Shown one piece after another: positions 51,553 through 61,748 of a DNA stretch of 64,000 nt. Where the stretch lies: NCBI GenBank assembly GCA_963664705.1, contig OY761556.1, positions 512,001-576,000 of the forward strand, written 5' to 3'. Below the pieces are notes generated by a model, which was given only the letters and a program-made list of their open reading frames with translations, was not told where the DNA came from and searched no databases. The position numbers and the translations under genes were made by a program. Within the stretch, counting starts at the first letter, position 1. The number at the start of each line of letters is the position of its first letter. Source of the DNA: Acidobacteriota bacterium (GTDB lineage Bacteria > Acidobacteriota > UBA6911).

Positions 51553-54198
51553 ATGAGACAAATCCTGATCAATAATAATGGAGCTATCGTTGCCCGCATG
51601 CCCAGACCGCCTATTGAAAGGGGATGTGTGCTTGTACGGGTTCGTTTTTCACTTATCAGCGTTGGGACCGAGCTGGCCCCGCTGCGAGCTGCCGGCGCAA
51701 AGGAGGAAACAACACCTTCGGAACGCGCAAAACAATACTCGCAGCTTGCCTATACCTACCTGGGAAAGGCTGTTCGCAACCCGCGTCTGGCGGCACGCAG
51801 GGTCGCCGGCATAGCGCAAAATAAACTATCCGGGTGGATACGCAGGGATCCGGCCATGGTGCCTGCGCTGGAGACGGAAGGCATTTCCTGGACACGCTGC
51901 GGTGCAAAGCGCTTTGAAAAGAATGGCGATCTCCTGGAACTGGTTACCGACACGTCCCAATTTGGATACCAGGTCATTACACAGGCAATTCCCATTTCCC
52001 CCGGCAAATCTCCCGTAGTTGAAGTGCGCGGGCGTGTTCAAGCAGGATCTATTTGTATCGGTTTATTGAATGAAGATCAAAGCGGATGGCTCGGCAGCCG
52101 CAATTATGACGCGGGGCCTTTCGAAGATCAGTTGATTTTCAACCAGGGCAGCTCAAGCCAATGCACGCTTGTGATCGCCAATGCGGGGACATCGGAGGAA
52201 GCTCGCGCGAGCATCTCGTCGGTCCGCGTCCTGATGGCTTCCGGCGAACCGGGTGGATTGCCGTTGACGGAGCTTGATGATCAGGGTTGGGGAGTCGGCT
52301 ATTCTGCCGCGGGAGAAGTGGTTGGGATTGGGGAAGGAATAACGGATTTGACGGTCGGAGACCGAGTCGCCTGCGCAGGAGCGGGGAAGGCAAATCACGC
52401 CGATTTTATCTCGGTTCCGCGCAATCTGGTTTGTCGAGTGCCGGATCATTGCGATCTGAAGACGGCGGCGACCACCACAGTCGGCACCATCGCACTCCAG
52501 GGGGTAAGACGAACATTACCTCAACTCGGCGACAATATCTGTGTCCTGGGACTCGGGTTGATCGGGCAACTTACGGTTCAAATGCTGCGGGCGAACGGAT
52601 GCAAAGTGATTGGCTTTGACATGGACGCAGCCCGAGTAAAGCGCGCCCTTGATCAAGGCATGGACTATGGAGCGTCGGAAGAGGCGATCCTCAAGCAACT
52701 GGTGCGGGATGCCACCGGAGGATACGGCGCTGATCGGACAATTATTACCGCCGCAACCAAATCCGATGCCGTCGTTAATCTTGCCATGGAAACGACGCGT
52801 GCCAAAGGCGCGGTTGTGATTGTCGGCGATATCGGACTTAATGTCCGAAGAGAAGTTTTCTACCGCAAGGAAATCGATTTGTTGATGAGCACTTCGTACG
52901 GACCAGGCCGCTACGACCGTTCCTACGAAGAAGGCGGGCACGATTATCCGGTTGGATATGTGCGCTGGACATTGAACCGAAACATGCAGGCATACTTGGA
53001 CCTGGCCTCTGCGGGCCGGATCAACCCCGGGGTGCTGATTGACCGGATTGCCTCCGTGGATAATGCCCCCGAACTCTATCGGTCGCTGGCGGAGAGTCGA
53101 GCGGAAATGCCTCTCGGCGTTCTCATCTGCTATCCTGACGACACCCGATCGCTTGAAGAACCTTCGAATGCGACGCGAATAACGATTCGAGGTCACAAAA
53201 AGCCTGCGGGAGAACCTATTCACTATGCGCTGGTCGGCGCCGGCGCTTTCGGAACCTCCATGCTGGTTCCCGCCCTGCAGAAGGTCCAGGGGAAGTTTTT
53301 CCTTCGGGGGCTTGTAAGCCGCAATTCCACTGCAGCCGGAAACTTCGTGCGTGCGAACCGCGTAGAAGTTCTGGCGAGCGATCTGGATGACATACTTAAA
53401 GACCCGAATTTTGACCTGATCGTGATCGCCACGCGTCACCATGAACATGCCTCGCAAACGATTCGCAGCCTGAAAGCCGGCAAACATGTATTTGTCGAAA
53501 AACCGCTTGCCGTGGATTGGGAAGAACTGGGCGAGATTGTCAGTACCTATCAAGGCCTGTCCGAAAAACCGATTCTGATGGTGGGGTTTAACCGCCGTTT
53601 CTCCCCGGCATTGCAGATGCTGAAGGAAGTGACCGCAAAGCGGCAATCTCCCTGCATTATCAACTATCGTTTGAATGGGGGGTACATTCCTCCGGATCAC
53701 TGGATCCAAAATGAGCAGGGAAAAGGCCGGAACATAGGCGAAGCCTGCCATATGTACGACGCGTTTCGATTTCTGGCGGGAAGCGCCGTGGTTTCCATTG
53801 CGGCAACAGCCATTAATCCCAAGGCTACCCCTTATCTGCGCAATGATAACTTCGCGGCCACCGTGGGCTATGCTGATGGAAGCGTTGGAAATTTGATATA
53901 TACTTCGCTCGGCCCCAAACAGGGGTTACCCAAGGAGCGGGTGGAGCTTTTCTGCGACGGCGATGCCTATATTCTCGACGACTTCAAGAGTCTTACTCGC
54001 GCAAGCGATGGCAACATTCTGTGGCAGAGTCCCACTGTGGATAAAGGGCATCAGGAGGAAATGAACAGGTTCGGTGCGGCCATTGAAGGCGAATCCGCGC
54101 CTATCCCCTTTGATGAGTTGATCGAATCGACGGCCGTTGCCTTGCACATCGAGGACCTTCTTCATGGCCGATCGGGAGTGTCGGATGACGAATCGTGA
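51553..54198 (+). CDS. Bi-domain oxidoreductase (MDR alcohol dehydrogenase-like + Gfo/Idh/MocA) with an inserted domain
   Basis: SLISVGTE, GYSAAG, GLGLIG, SYGPGRYD, GAGAFG, VFVEKP, VGFNRRFSP. Confidence 0.9.
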   Translation: MRQILINNNGAIVARMPRPPIERGCVLVRVRFSLISVGTELAPLRAAGAKEETTPSERAKQYSQLAYTYLGKAVRNPRLAARRVAGIAQNKLSGWIRRDPAMVPALETEGISWTRCGAKRFEKNGDLLELVTDTSQFGYQVITQAIPISPGKSPVVEVRGRVQAGSICIGLLNEDQSGWLGSRNYDAGPFEDQLIFNQGSSSQCTLVIANAGTSEEARASISSVRVLMASGEPGGLPLTELDDQGWGVGYSAAGEVVGIGEGITDLTVGDRVACAGAGKANHADFISVPRNLVCRVPDHCDLKTAATTTVGTIALQGVRRTLPQLGDNICVLGLGLIGQLTVQMLRANGCKVIGFDMDAARVKRALDQGMDYGASEEAILKQLVRDATGGYGADRTIITAATKSDAVVNLAMETTRAKGAVVIVGDIGLNVRREVFYRKEIDLLMSTSYGPGRYDRSYEEGGHDYPVGYVRWTLNRNMQAYLDLASAGRINPGVLIDRIASVDNAPELYRSLAESRAEMPLGVLICYPDDTRSLEEPSNATRITIRGHKKPAGEPIHYALVGAGAFGTSMLVPALQKVQGKFFLRGLVSRNSTAAGNFVRANRVEVLASDLDDILKDPNFDLIVIATRHHEHASQTIRSLKAGKHVFVEKPLAVDWEELGEIVSTYQGLSEKPILMVGFNRRFSPALQMLKEVTAKRQSPCIINYRLNGGYIPPDHWIQNEQGKGRNIGEACHMYDAFRFLAGSAVVSIAATAINPKATPYLRNDNFAATVGYADGSVGNLIYTSLGPKQGLPKERVELFCDGDAYILDDFKSLTRASDGNILWQSPTVDKGHQEEMNRFGAAIEGESAPIPFDELIESTAVALHIEDLLHGRSGVSDDES

Positions 54199-56806
54199 AA
54201 CCTACCTCTTAACCACGGCAACCTTCGACAAAGTTGGAGAGTTCTGGGATAGCCGGTTAGCTTCTTTTCTGGAGAGGCACACCTATGTATTGCCGGCGGC
54301 CACTCTTCGGAATGCCAGCGATCCGTGCAGCGAACTGGAGCTCATGGGTGGCAGGGGCATCGTATTTCAGATGTCGCGGGGGACTCCGGGCCGGCATCAG
54401 TTGCAGGCAGCGGGCCGTGTATTGAAGTCGGGGAAAAAGGTTTGGTTCTACTGGCCCGATGAATCGGCGATCGAGTATATAGATAGGGAACGCCTCGGAA
54501 GTTGCTGGAGACTCTGGTTTGCTGCAAAAGCATTCGGGAAACTGGGACGGCACGCTGATCCTGCAGCCGCAACGCAGGCGGATCCCCTGCCCCTGTCTTT
54601 CTCGAATGATCAGAATGCCGAATGCGAGTCTCTGCTCAGCCAGGCAAAAGCAGTCTCCTTCCCCAGTCTGGATAGGCAGCCCTCGTTTGAAAAGCCGCTG
54701 GATGGCACCGGGATGTATTTGAGGACGGACTTCTGGGCGCCCATAACTTCCGGCGGAAGTTATGGTCACACGTGCTATGTGGCCGCCGCGCTGTCTCGCG
54801 TTACGCGGAATCTTGTGTGCTTCATGCCGCATCGCTATTCGCTCCTCGATGAACTGGGGTTGCACCAGGTCGTTCTGGACAAGCCCAGCCGGGATTGCGG
54901 CGAAATCGATCTCGTGCGCGCCAATGCGAATTACTATCACCAGCTAAAAGCGGCAGCGGCTGCATTGAGACCGCTCTATATTTATGAGCGTCTGTGCCTG
55001 GGAAATTATGTGGGCGCAAAGCTCAGCCTTGAACTCGGGATTCCCTATATCGCCGAATACAATGGTTCTGAAATATCGATGAACCGAAGTTTTGGGGGAA
55101 CCGGATTCGCTTACGAGCAGTTCTTTCTGAAGGCGGAACAGGCGGCGTTTCGGCAGGCCAGCCTCATATCGGTCATATCTGATGCCGTTCGCGACGATCT
55201 CATCGGCAGGGGCGTTGATCGGTCCAAAATTCTGGTGAATCCGAACGGTGTTGACCTGCAAGCTTATCGGCCCGCTGTTCTTGAGGAAAAACTGAAGCTG
55301 AGATCGGAATTTGGCTTCGACGACCGACACACTGTTCTGGGTTTTACCGGTACTTTTGGGGGATGGCACGGGATCGATATTCTTGCAGAGGCAATCCCCC
55401 GGATCTGCTCCTTGTTTCCTGAAGCCAGATTCCTGCTTATTGGAGACGGCAATTACAAGCACCTGGTCGATGAAAAGGTCAAACAGCACAATCTGGCGGA
55501 AAGAGTGATTTCCACGGGCAGAGTCCCGCAGGTTGACGGGGCACGCTATTTGCGGGCCTGTGATATCTACCTGTCGCCCCATAACAAGCACATGGTGGAC
55601 AGTCGTTTCTTTGGCTCGCCGACCAAAATTTTTGAATATATGGCCTTGGGCGGCGGCATTGTCGCCAGCGACCTGGAACAAATCGGAGAGGTTCTTTCCC
55701 CGGCGCTGCCGGCAAACAGCCTGCCCGCATCCGGCTCAAATATCACCGATGAACGCTCGGTTCTGTGTGCTCCCGGAAACCTGGATGAATTCGTCTCTGG
55801 CACGGGTTATTTAATCTCTCATCCGGATGTCCGGCTACGGCTGGGGCAGAATGCACGCAAAGCGGCGGCTCGCTATTATTCCTGGGATCGGAATGTCGCG
55901 GATCTGTGGCGCGCTCTTCGGAAAGAAACCATGGAGCTCGAGCCGGGCAGGAAACTAACGACCGCGGGACCGGGGGCAGGCCAGACCGTTGAGGAAGGGG
56001 ACGGGGCAGACGATCCCTATAAAAAACGGGCGCAAAAGCAATGGGACAATGACCCTTGTGGCTCGCACTATGCGCGCAATACTTCACCCAGAACGTTGGA
56101 TTGGTTTCTGGAAGTGGAGCAATACCGTTACGGTAAATATGCTCCCTGGATGCCCGAAATTATGGAATTTTCAAAACACCGGGGCCAGCGCGTTCTTGAA
56201 ATCGGCGGAGGAATGGGCACCGATCTTGCTCAGTTTGCCAAAGCAGGTGCCATCGTGACCGACGTAGACCTTTCCGCTGGACACCTCGAGCTTGCTCAGG
56301 AAAATTTCAGGTTGAGAAATCTGACCGGGACTTTCCTGCAACACGATGCGGAGTCTTTGCCATTCGACGATGCGTCATTCGATCTTGTTTACAGCAACGG
56401 CGTAATCCACCACACCCCAAACACCCTTCAGGTGATTCGCGAGATGTATCGCGTGTTAAAACCGGGAGGCCGCGCTATCGTGATGGTGTATGCGGAGAAC
56501 TCCTTCGTTTATTGGATCCAGCTGGTCTATATTCTCGGAGTGCGTTCCCGGCTACTGGATCAATATTCCATGGGCGAGATCATGTCACGCCACGTTGAGC
56601 TCTCGCAAAGTGATGCCCGCCCTCTTGTAAAGGTGTACACCAGGTCCAGAATTGGCCGACATTTTGATAAGTTTGAAAATATCCGTGTCATCAAGCGACA
56701 GATGACTCCGGAGGAACTGCCGGCAAAACTCAAATGGATCCCGGTAGGGATCGCAGGTCGAATCATGGGTTGGAATCTGGTCGTGAAGGCTAAGAAGCCT
56801 TTATAG
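54185..56806 (+). CDS. GT4 glycosyltransferase fused to a class I SAM methyltransferase
   Basis: NPNGVD, GTFGGWHG, SPTKIFEYMA, YSW; then VLEIGGGMGTD, FDLVYSNGVIHH, LKPGG. Confidence 0.88.
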   Translation: MTNRETYLLTTATFDKVGEFWDSRLASFLERHTYVLPAATLRNASDPCSELELMGGRGIVFQMSRGTPGRHQLQAAGRVLKSGKKVWFYWPDESAIEYIDRERLGSCWRLWFAAKAFGKLGRHADPAAATQADPLPLSFSNDQNAECESLLSQAKAVSFPSLDRQPSFEKPLDGTGMYLRTDFWAPITSGGSYGHTCYVAAALSRVTRNLVCFMPHRYSLLDELGLHQVVLDKPSRDCGEIDLVRANANYYHQLKAAAAALRPLYIYERLCLGNYVGAKLSLELGIPYIAEYNGSEISMNRSFGGTGFAYEQFFLKAEQAAFRQASLISVISDAVRDDLIGRGVDRSKILVNPNGVDLQAYRPAVLEEKLKLRSEFGFDDRHTVLGFTGTFGGWHGIDILAEAIPRICSLFPEARFLLIGDGNYKHLVDEKVKQHNLAERVISTGRVPQVDGARYLRACDIYLSPHNKHMVDSRFFGSPTKIFEYMALGGGIVASDLEQIGEVLSPALPANSLPASGSNITDERSVLCAPGNLDEFVSGTGYLISHPDVRLRLGQNARKAAARYYSWDRNVADLWRALRKETMELEPGRKLTTAGPGAGQTVEEGDGADDPYKKRAQKQWDNDPCGSHYARNTSPRTLDWFLEVEQYRYGKYAPWMPEIMEFSKHRGQRVLEIGGGMGTDLAQFAKAGAIVTDVDLSAGHLELAQENFRLRNLTGTFLQHDAESLPFDDASFDLVYSNGVIHHTPNTLQVIREMYRVLKPGGRAIVMVYAENSFVYWIQLVYILGVRSRLLDQYSMGEIMSRHVELSQSDARPLVKVYTRSRIGRHFDKFENIRVIKRQMTPEELPAKLKWIPVGIAGRIMGWNLVVKAKKPL

Positions 56807-56865
56807 AATCATCTCTCTGGTCCCGGCAACTGACATCCCGTCTGCTGATTAAAAGGTGAAAAACA

Positions 56866-58998
56866 GTGAGGAATCTGCTGACAATGCGGTCACCTCTCAA
56901 TCCCGGATCGCTGATTCGCCGCGCCGCGGAAAAGGGGAGGAGTCTGATCCGCCGGGCTGATCAGATCGGTGAACTTATTTGGGAAAGAAAGAAATATCAC
57001 TTTCCTTCGCAGCCGAGCACGGCAGAAATGACGGCGCGCCTGTTGAGAATGGGCGTGCCTGGCTTTTCAGAGTACGCCTACGGACAGATGGTAGGAAGTT
57101 ACGGTGCGCGAACATTCGTCGCATTGGACAAGCAACGCATTGTCGATACGCTCCGCTCCCGATACCCCGGCGAAGTTGAGTCTATTCTGGCGATTGCTGA
57201 ACGCATTCTACATGGCCGGTTCGAGGTGCTCGGCAGCGACCTTGCGGATCTTCGCCGAGGCGCACGGGGTAGAGGCTCCGCAATAACATGGAATCTTGAT
57301 CCGATCAGCGGTAAACAATTCGCGAATGTTTTTAACCATTGGCGCTGGAATCCGGGGATGCTGACCAGCGGTGCCGATATCAAAGGACCATGGGAAATCG
57401 GGCGCTGCCAGCATTTTGTTGTACTTGGCCAGGCATATTGGCTGACCAATGACAGGCGCTTTTCCCGCTGCTTTGCGGAAACCATACAGGATTTCCTTAA
57501 ACACAACCCGCCCGGATTCGGAGTGCAATGGGCTTGCACAATGGATGTGGCTTTGCGCGTGGTGAGTTGGATTGCCGGCCTGTCATTTTTTCAAAATGCT
57601 CCCGAACTGGGGATCCGGTGGTGGCGCATGTTTTTGAAAGGCCTTGCCGAGCACGGAACATTCATCGCTGCGAACCTCGAGTTCGGAACGATGAACGGTG
57701 AAATAATCACGTCAAATCACTACCTGTCCAACCTCCTGGGCCTATATTGGCTGGCATTGGCATTTCCGCACCTTGATGCCGGCTGTGTCTGGCGCGGAAT
57801 CGCTGAAAACGCTCTCGAACAGGAAATTCAGAAGCAGATCCATCCCGACGGCGGAGACTTCGAGTCGAGCGTACCCTATCAACGGCTTGTGATCGAAATA
57901 TTTCTCTCGGCTTTTGCACTGTCGGTGCACCATGGAGTGCCGCTGTCGGCCGCGTATCGTGCGCGCCTGCTGAAGGGGCTCGAGTTTGTCGCCGGCTTGC
58001 GGCAGGAAAACGGACGCGTGCCGCAGATTGGGGATGCAGACAACGGAAGGGCCCACGTTTTCACGCGCTATGGTGTGTGGCGCCAGGAGAGCATGGATCA
58101 TTTGCTCGTTGCCGGAGCGCATATCCTCAAATGCCCTGAACTCGCCGCTTCAGTTCCGGAAGCGGAGCAGCTTGAGGTACTATTTTGGGGACCAGCGCCG
58201 GAGGTACAGACTTCCAGCCCTACGCCAAAGAGGCTCGAGGTTTTTCCGAATACCGGGATTGCCATAATGCGGGCCAAGGACACCTATGTAGCGATGAGCA
58301 ACAGCATCGTTGGCACCCGCGGGTTTGGCAACCATAAACACAACGATCAACTGGCAATCGAATGGATCATCGGGAAGCAGCCGCTCGCCGTCGATGGCGG
58401 CAGCTACATTTATACACGCGATCCCGAATCCAGAAATCTATTTCGGAGCACCGCCACCCACAATACCGTCATGGTGGACGGCTTGGAACAGAATACGTTC
58501 GACAAAAGCAGGCTGTTCAAGATGGACCAGCAGGGTGTCGCCACGTTCATGGACTCGCGGTCTCAAGACTTTGCGGTCGGCGTCGCCGGGAGACATACGG
58601 CGTATTGCCGGCTGGATGCGCCGCTCGTACATGTGCGCCGCGTGCTGTTGCGGACCGACGGTGGCATGCTGCTGGACGATCTCTTTGAAGGCCCTCCGGA
58701 GCACCGGTTGCGCTGGTACTTCTTGCTATATCCGGGAGTTTCGGTCAGGATTCAGGACGGCATTGTTGAGCTGTCCGGTCCGGAAGGGGGCGGCGTCATT
58801 AATGCTGCGTCCGGGCTTCAATTTCGCAGCGAGCCGGGATGGTATTCCGATGGCTATGGCAGCCGGATCCGAACCTCGGCGCTTGTGGGCGAGATGGACC
58901 ATTGTCCGCCGAGGATGTCTTTATTATTTTTGCCTGCAGGTTGTCCCGGCACAGACCTGGCGGACGCGATTGCATTAGCGGACCGGTTCTGGGCTTGA
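56866..58998 (+). CDS. Heparinase II/III family protein
   Basis: DIKGPWEIGRCQH, SNHY, DGGDFESS..Y, GDADNG, HKHND, DGGSYIY, FRSTATHNT. Confidence 0.88.
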   Translation: MRNLLTMRSPLNPGSLIRRAAEKGRSLIRRADQIGELIWERKKYHFPSQPSTAEMTARLLRMGVPGFSEYAYGQMVGSYGARTFVALDKQRIVDTLRSRYPGEVESILAIAERILHGRFEVLGSDLADLRRGARGRGSAITWNLDPISGKQFANVFNHWRWNPGMLTSGADIKGPWEIGRCQHFVVLGQAYWLTNDRRFSRCFAETIQDFLKHNPPGFGVQWACTMDVALRVVSWIAGLSFFQNAPELGIRWWRMFLKGLAEHGTFIAANLEFGTMNGEIITSNHYLSNLLGLYWLALAFPHLDAGCVWRGIAENALEQEIQKQIHPDGGDFESSVPYQRLVIEIFLSAFALSVHHGVPLSAAYRARLLKGLEFVAGLRQENGRVPQIGDADNGRAHVFTRYGVWRQESMDHLLVAGAHILKCPELAASVPEAEQLEVLFWGPAPEVQTSSPTPKRLEVFPNTGIAIMRAKDTYVAMSNSIVGTRGFGNHKHNDQLAIEWIIGKQPLAVDGGSYIYTRDPESRNLFRSTATHNTVMVDGLEQNTFDKSRLFKMDQQGVATFMDSRSQDFAVGVAGRHTAYCRLDAPLVHVRRVLLRTDGGMLLDDLFEGPPEHRLRWYFLLYPGVSVRIQDGIVELSGPEGGGVINAASGLQFRSEPGWYSDGYGSRIRTSALVGEMDHCPPRMSLLFLPAGCPGTDLADAIALADRFWA

Positions 58999-59037
58999 AT
59001 TTTTGGATTTGGAACGAGATTCGCGCAGCTCTCTAAG

Positions 59038-59871
59038 ATGACGGGGTTGAAGATGCAAGCAGCAACAGCACATGAAAACCGGACATACGGCTTTATTAAA
59101 ACGCTGGTGCGTTACCGAAAGGTCATGCTCTCAACCATCCGCGTCGAAATGGCCAAGCGATATTCTGGATCATTCCTGGGAATGCTCTGGGTGCTGCTTT
59201 ATCCAGCTCTCTTGTTGTCTGTATATCTCTTCGTATACCTGGTTGTTTTCAAGATGCGATTTCCGGGTTACAGCCGGATGGATTATGTCCTTTACGTTTT
59301 CTGCGGCCTGATTCCCTATATCGGGTTTAGTGAAGCCATCACGATGGGGTGCGTTTCAATCAAGCAGAACATGCATCTGGTGAAAAATGTCATCCTGCCG
59401 ATTGAGCTGATTCCCGTGCGTGCCGTCGCCACAAGTCTTCCAAGCCAGTTCGTAAGCATGATCATTTTGGTTGCGCTGGTTGCTATGAACGGCGCTTTAT
59501 CCTGGCAACTGGCTGTGCTTCCATTGGTTATTTTGCTGCAGGTCATGTTTTTAATTGGGTTGGTCTTTATTTTGTCCTCTATCGCCGTCGCGCTGCCTGA
59601 CTTGGTGTATTTCGTTAATCTCTTTCTCCTGTTCCTCATGTTCGTATCTCCGATCGGATTCAAGCCGGAGATGCTTCCGTCCAGCTTCAGCTTCATGGTT
59701 TATCTCAATCCCATTTACTATATGGTGGAAGTTTTTCGGATCGCCATTCTCGGCGAACAGTCTCGTCTTTTTCTTGTGCCGGCGGTTTTTGTGCTGATGA
59801 GTCTGTGTGTGTTCTCTGCAGGCTGTGCATTTTTCTACAGATTCAAAGGTATTCTGGTGGACTATGAATGA
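59038..59871 (+). CDS. wzm: ABC-2 polysaccharide exporter permease
   Basis: RYSGSFLGMLWVLLYP, ~6 TM segments, NPIYY. Confidence 0.9.
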   Translation: MTGLKMQAATAHENRTYGFIKTLVRYRKVMLSTIRVEMAKRYSGSFLGMLWVLLYPALLLSVYLFVYLVVFKMRFPGYSRMDYVLYVFCGLIPYIGFSEAITMGCVSIKQNMHLVKNVILPIELIPVRAVATSLPSQFVSMIILVALVAMNGALSWQLAVLPLVILLQVMFLIGLVFILSSIAVALPDLVYFVNLFLLFLMFVSPIGFKPEMLPSSFSFMVYLNPIYYMVEVFRIAILGEQSRLFLVPAVFVLMSLCVFSAGCAFFYRFKGILVDYE

Positions 59872-61675
59872 AGTTGTCGTCCGGGCAGAAAATCTGACGA
59901 AGATATACCGTCTATATTCGCGCCCCCATTATCGATTCCTCGACATGTTTGGAGCATTGGGCAACAAAGCGGGTGCCTACAGCGAACATGCGGCTCTCAA
60001 TGACATCAACCTTGAAATACGCTCGGGTGAGAAGGTGGCGGTTATCGGGCGGAATGGAGCTGGAAAGAGTACACTGCTGAAACTGATCACCCATGTCATT
60101 GAACCCACCTCGGGAAGCCTTGAAGTTAAGCAGGGCGTGCATGCACTGCTCCAGCTTGGCACCGGTTTTCATCCTGATTTTACGGGGAGAGAAAACGTCA
60201 CCTCCTATCTGGCACACCTGGGACTTGGTCCAAGAGAGGCTCGCAAAAAAATCCCGGAGGTTATCGAATTTTCCGAGCTTGAAGAGTACATCGATCAACC
60301 GATCAAGACGTATTCAACCGGAATGGTTGCACGCCTCATGTTCTCGGTCTCGACCGTGGTGACGCCGGATATCCTGGTGCTCGACGAGATCCTCGGCGTA
60401 GGGGATGCTTATTTTGCACAGAAGAGCTATGACCGCATGAAAGATCTTTGCAGCGGAAGCGGTACGACGCTGTTGCTCGTCTCGCATGATGTATATGGAG
60501 CATCCAAGCTTTGCGAGCGCATGATCTGGATCGATCGGGGTCGAGTCGTTATTGACGGCCTCAGCGCCGTTGTAATCAATGCCTATGAGGATAGCATCCG
60601 CGCGCAGGAAGAGCAGCGTCTTCGTCAGAAAAAACAGAACCGGCTGGCTGCGGCCCAAAGTGCGTTGAACGAGCCTCGACGGCGCAATCTGCTGCTCGAA
60701 ATAGGTGCCCGGCGCAATTTGCCGCTTCCATGTCCTGTTTACTTCAGTGATATTCACCTGTCCGATCTATCAGGATGGAGCGATGCTCTGCCGATAGCCG
60801 ATGCTTCTTCGCAACCGGAATCCGGTACTCATTTGGTATTAGAAGCCGGATGTTGGGGGGGAGCCGTTGAATGGCGGGGCAAAATGGCCAGAGCCATGCA
60901 GGATCACGGTTCGCCATTTCACAAAGTTTCAGGAATGTTCGCGCTCCCTGATTCCGTTAGCGCGGAAAGCCTGAAGACCTGCAAGCTGACAATCGATTAT
61001 TGTTCCGAGAGTGGCTGCGATGTCGCCTTGAGCGCCTTTCTGGGAGACACTGAGATCTATCTCGGTAACCTGCCGCATTCCCAGGGAGAATGGATCCGGC
61101 ATGAGATTGAATGCAAGCCTGTCGCGCGCACAGATGAAGCGCCTGGCCTGGCTGCTGGTATCAATCTTGAGGGCGTTCACGGATCCCATTCCATCCAGAT
61201 TACCGATGTGAGGGCTTACAACCATCTGGGCCAGGAGTCGCCTTTCGTTACTCATGGAATGCCGATGTCTCTCGAAATCGATTACAAAATCAGCCGACAG
61301 GATTTGCTTGAGCGGCCTCAGTTGCTGGTTGCATTTCACCGTGACGGCGTCGCAGATGCTCTGCGCGTTATCACCAAGGATCTTCTTTTCGATTATGCCA
61401 AGAGCGCTACCGGCTCGGTTCGTATGTGCCTTCCCAAACTCGGACTGGCAAACGGCACCTTCACAGTCTCGATTATGCTTGCGGCGGAAGGCTATTATGA
61501 TCGCCCTCAAACAATTTTTTACTCAATAAACCCGGAAGTTTATATGTGCCTTTCCCGGGTGCTGGAAATTGTCGTCAGCGGTGGCGGAATAGTCGGGACC
61601 GGGACTGGTTTTGTGGGCGAAGCGGATTGGTCTTTTGTAAGCTCAGCTCAAGATCAAACTCAAAGCGCGGGCTGA
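59864..61675 (+). CDS. wzt: ABC polysaccharide exporter ATPase with an extra central domain and Wzt C-terminal domain
   Basis: GRNGAGKS, YSTGM, LVLDE, VSH; C-terminal IQITDV..G.FTVSI; overlaps the wzm stop. Confidence 0.9.
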   Translation: MNEVVVRAENLTKIYRLYSRPHYRFLDMFGALGNKAGAYSEHAALNDINLEIRSGEKVAVIGRNGAGKSTLLKLITHVIEPTSGSLEVKQGVHALLQLGTGFHPDFTGRENVTSYLAHLGLGPREARKKIPEVIEFSELEEYIDQPIKTYSTGMVARLMFSVSTVVTPDILVLDEILGVGDAYFAQKSYDRMKDLCSGSGTTLLLVSHDVYGASKLCERMIWIDRGRVVIDGLSAVVINAYEDSIRAQEEQRLRQKKQNRLAAAQSALNEPRRRNLLLEIGARRNLPLPCPVYFSDIHLSDLSGWSDALPIADASSQPESGTHLVLEAGCWGGAVEWRGKMARAMQDHGSPFHKVSGMFALPDSVSAESLKTCKLTIDYCSESGCDVALSAFLGDTEIYLGNLPHSQGEWIRHEIECKPVARTDEAPGLAAGINLEGVHGSHSIQITDVRAYNHLGQESPFVTHGMPMSLEIDYKISRQDLLERPQLLVAFHRDGVADALRVITKDLLFDYAKSATGSVRMCLPKLGLANGTFTVSIMLAAEGYYDRPQTIFYSINPEVYMCLSRVLEIVVSGGGIVGTGTGFVGEADWSFVSSAQDQTQSAG

Positions 61676-61748
61676 TTTTCGCGGTCCGGTGTTGTCGTCC
61701 GGCCAACCCGTACCGGATTTGAATCCGGCTCCAAAATGATCGGCACGT

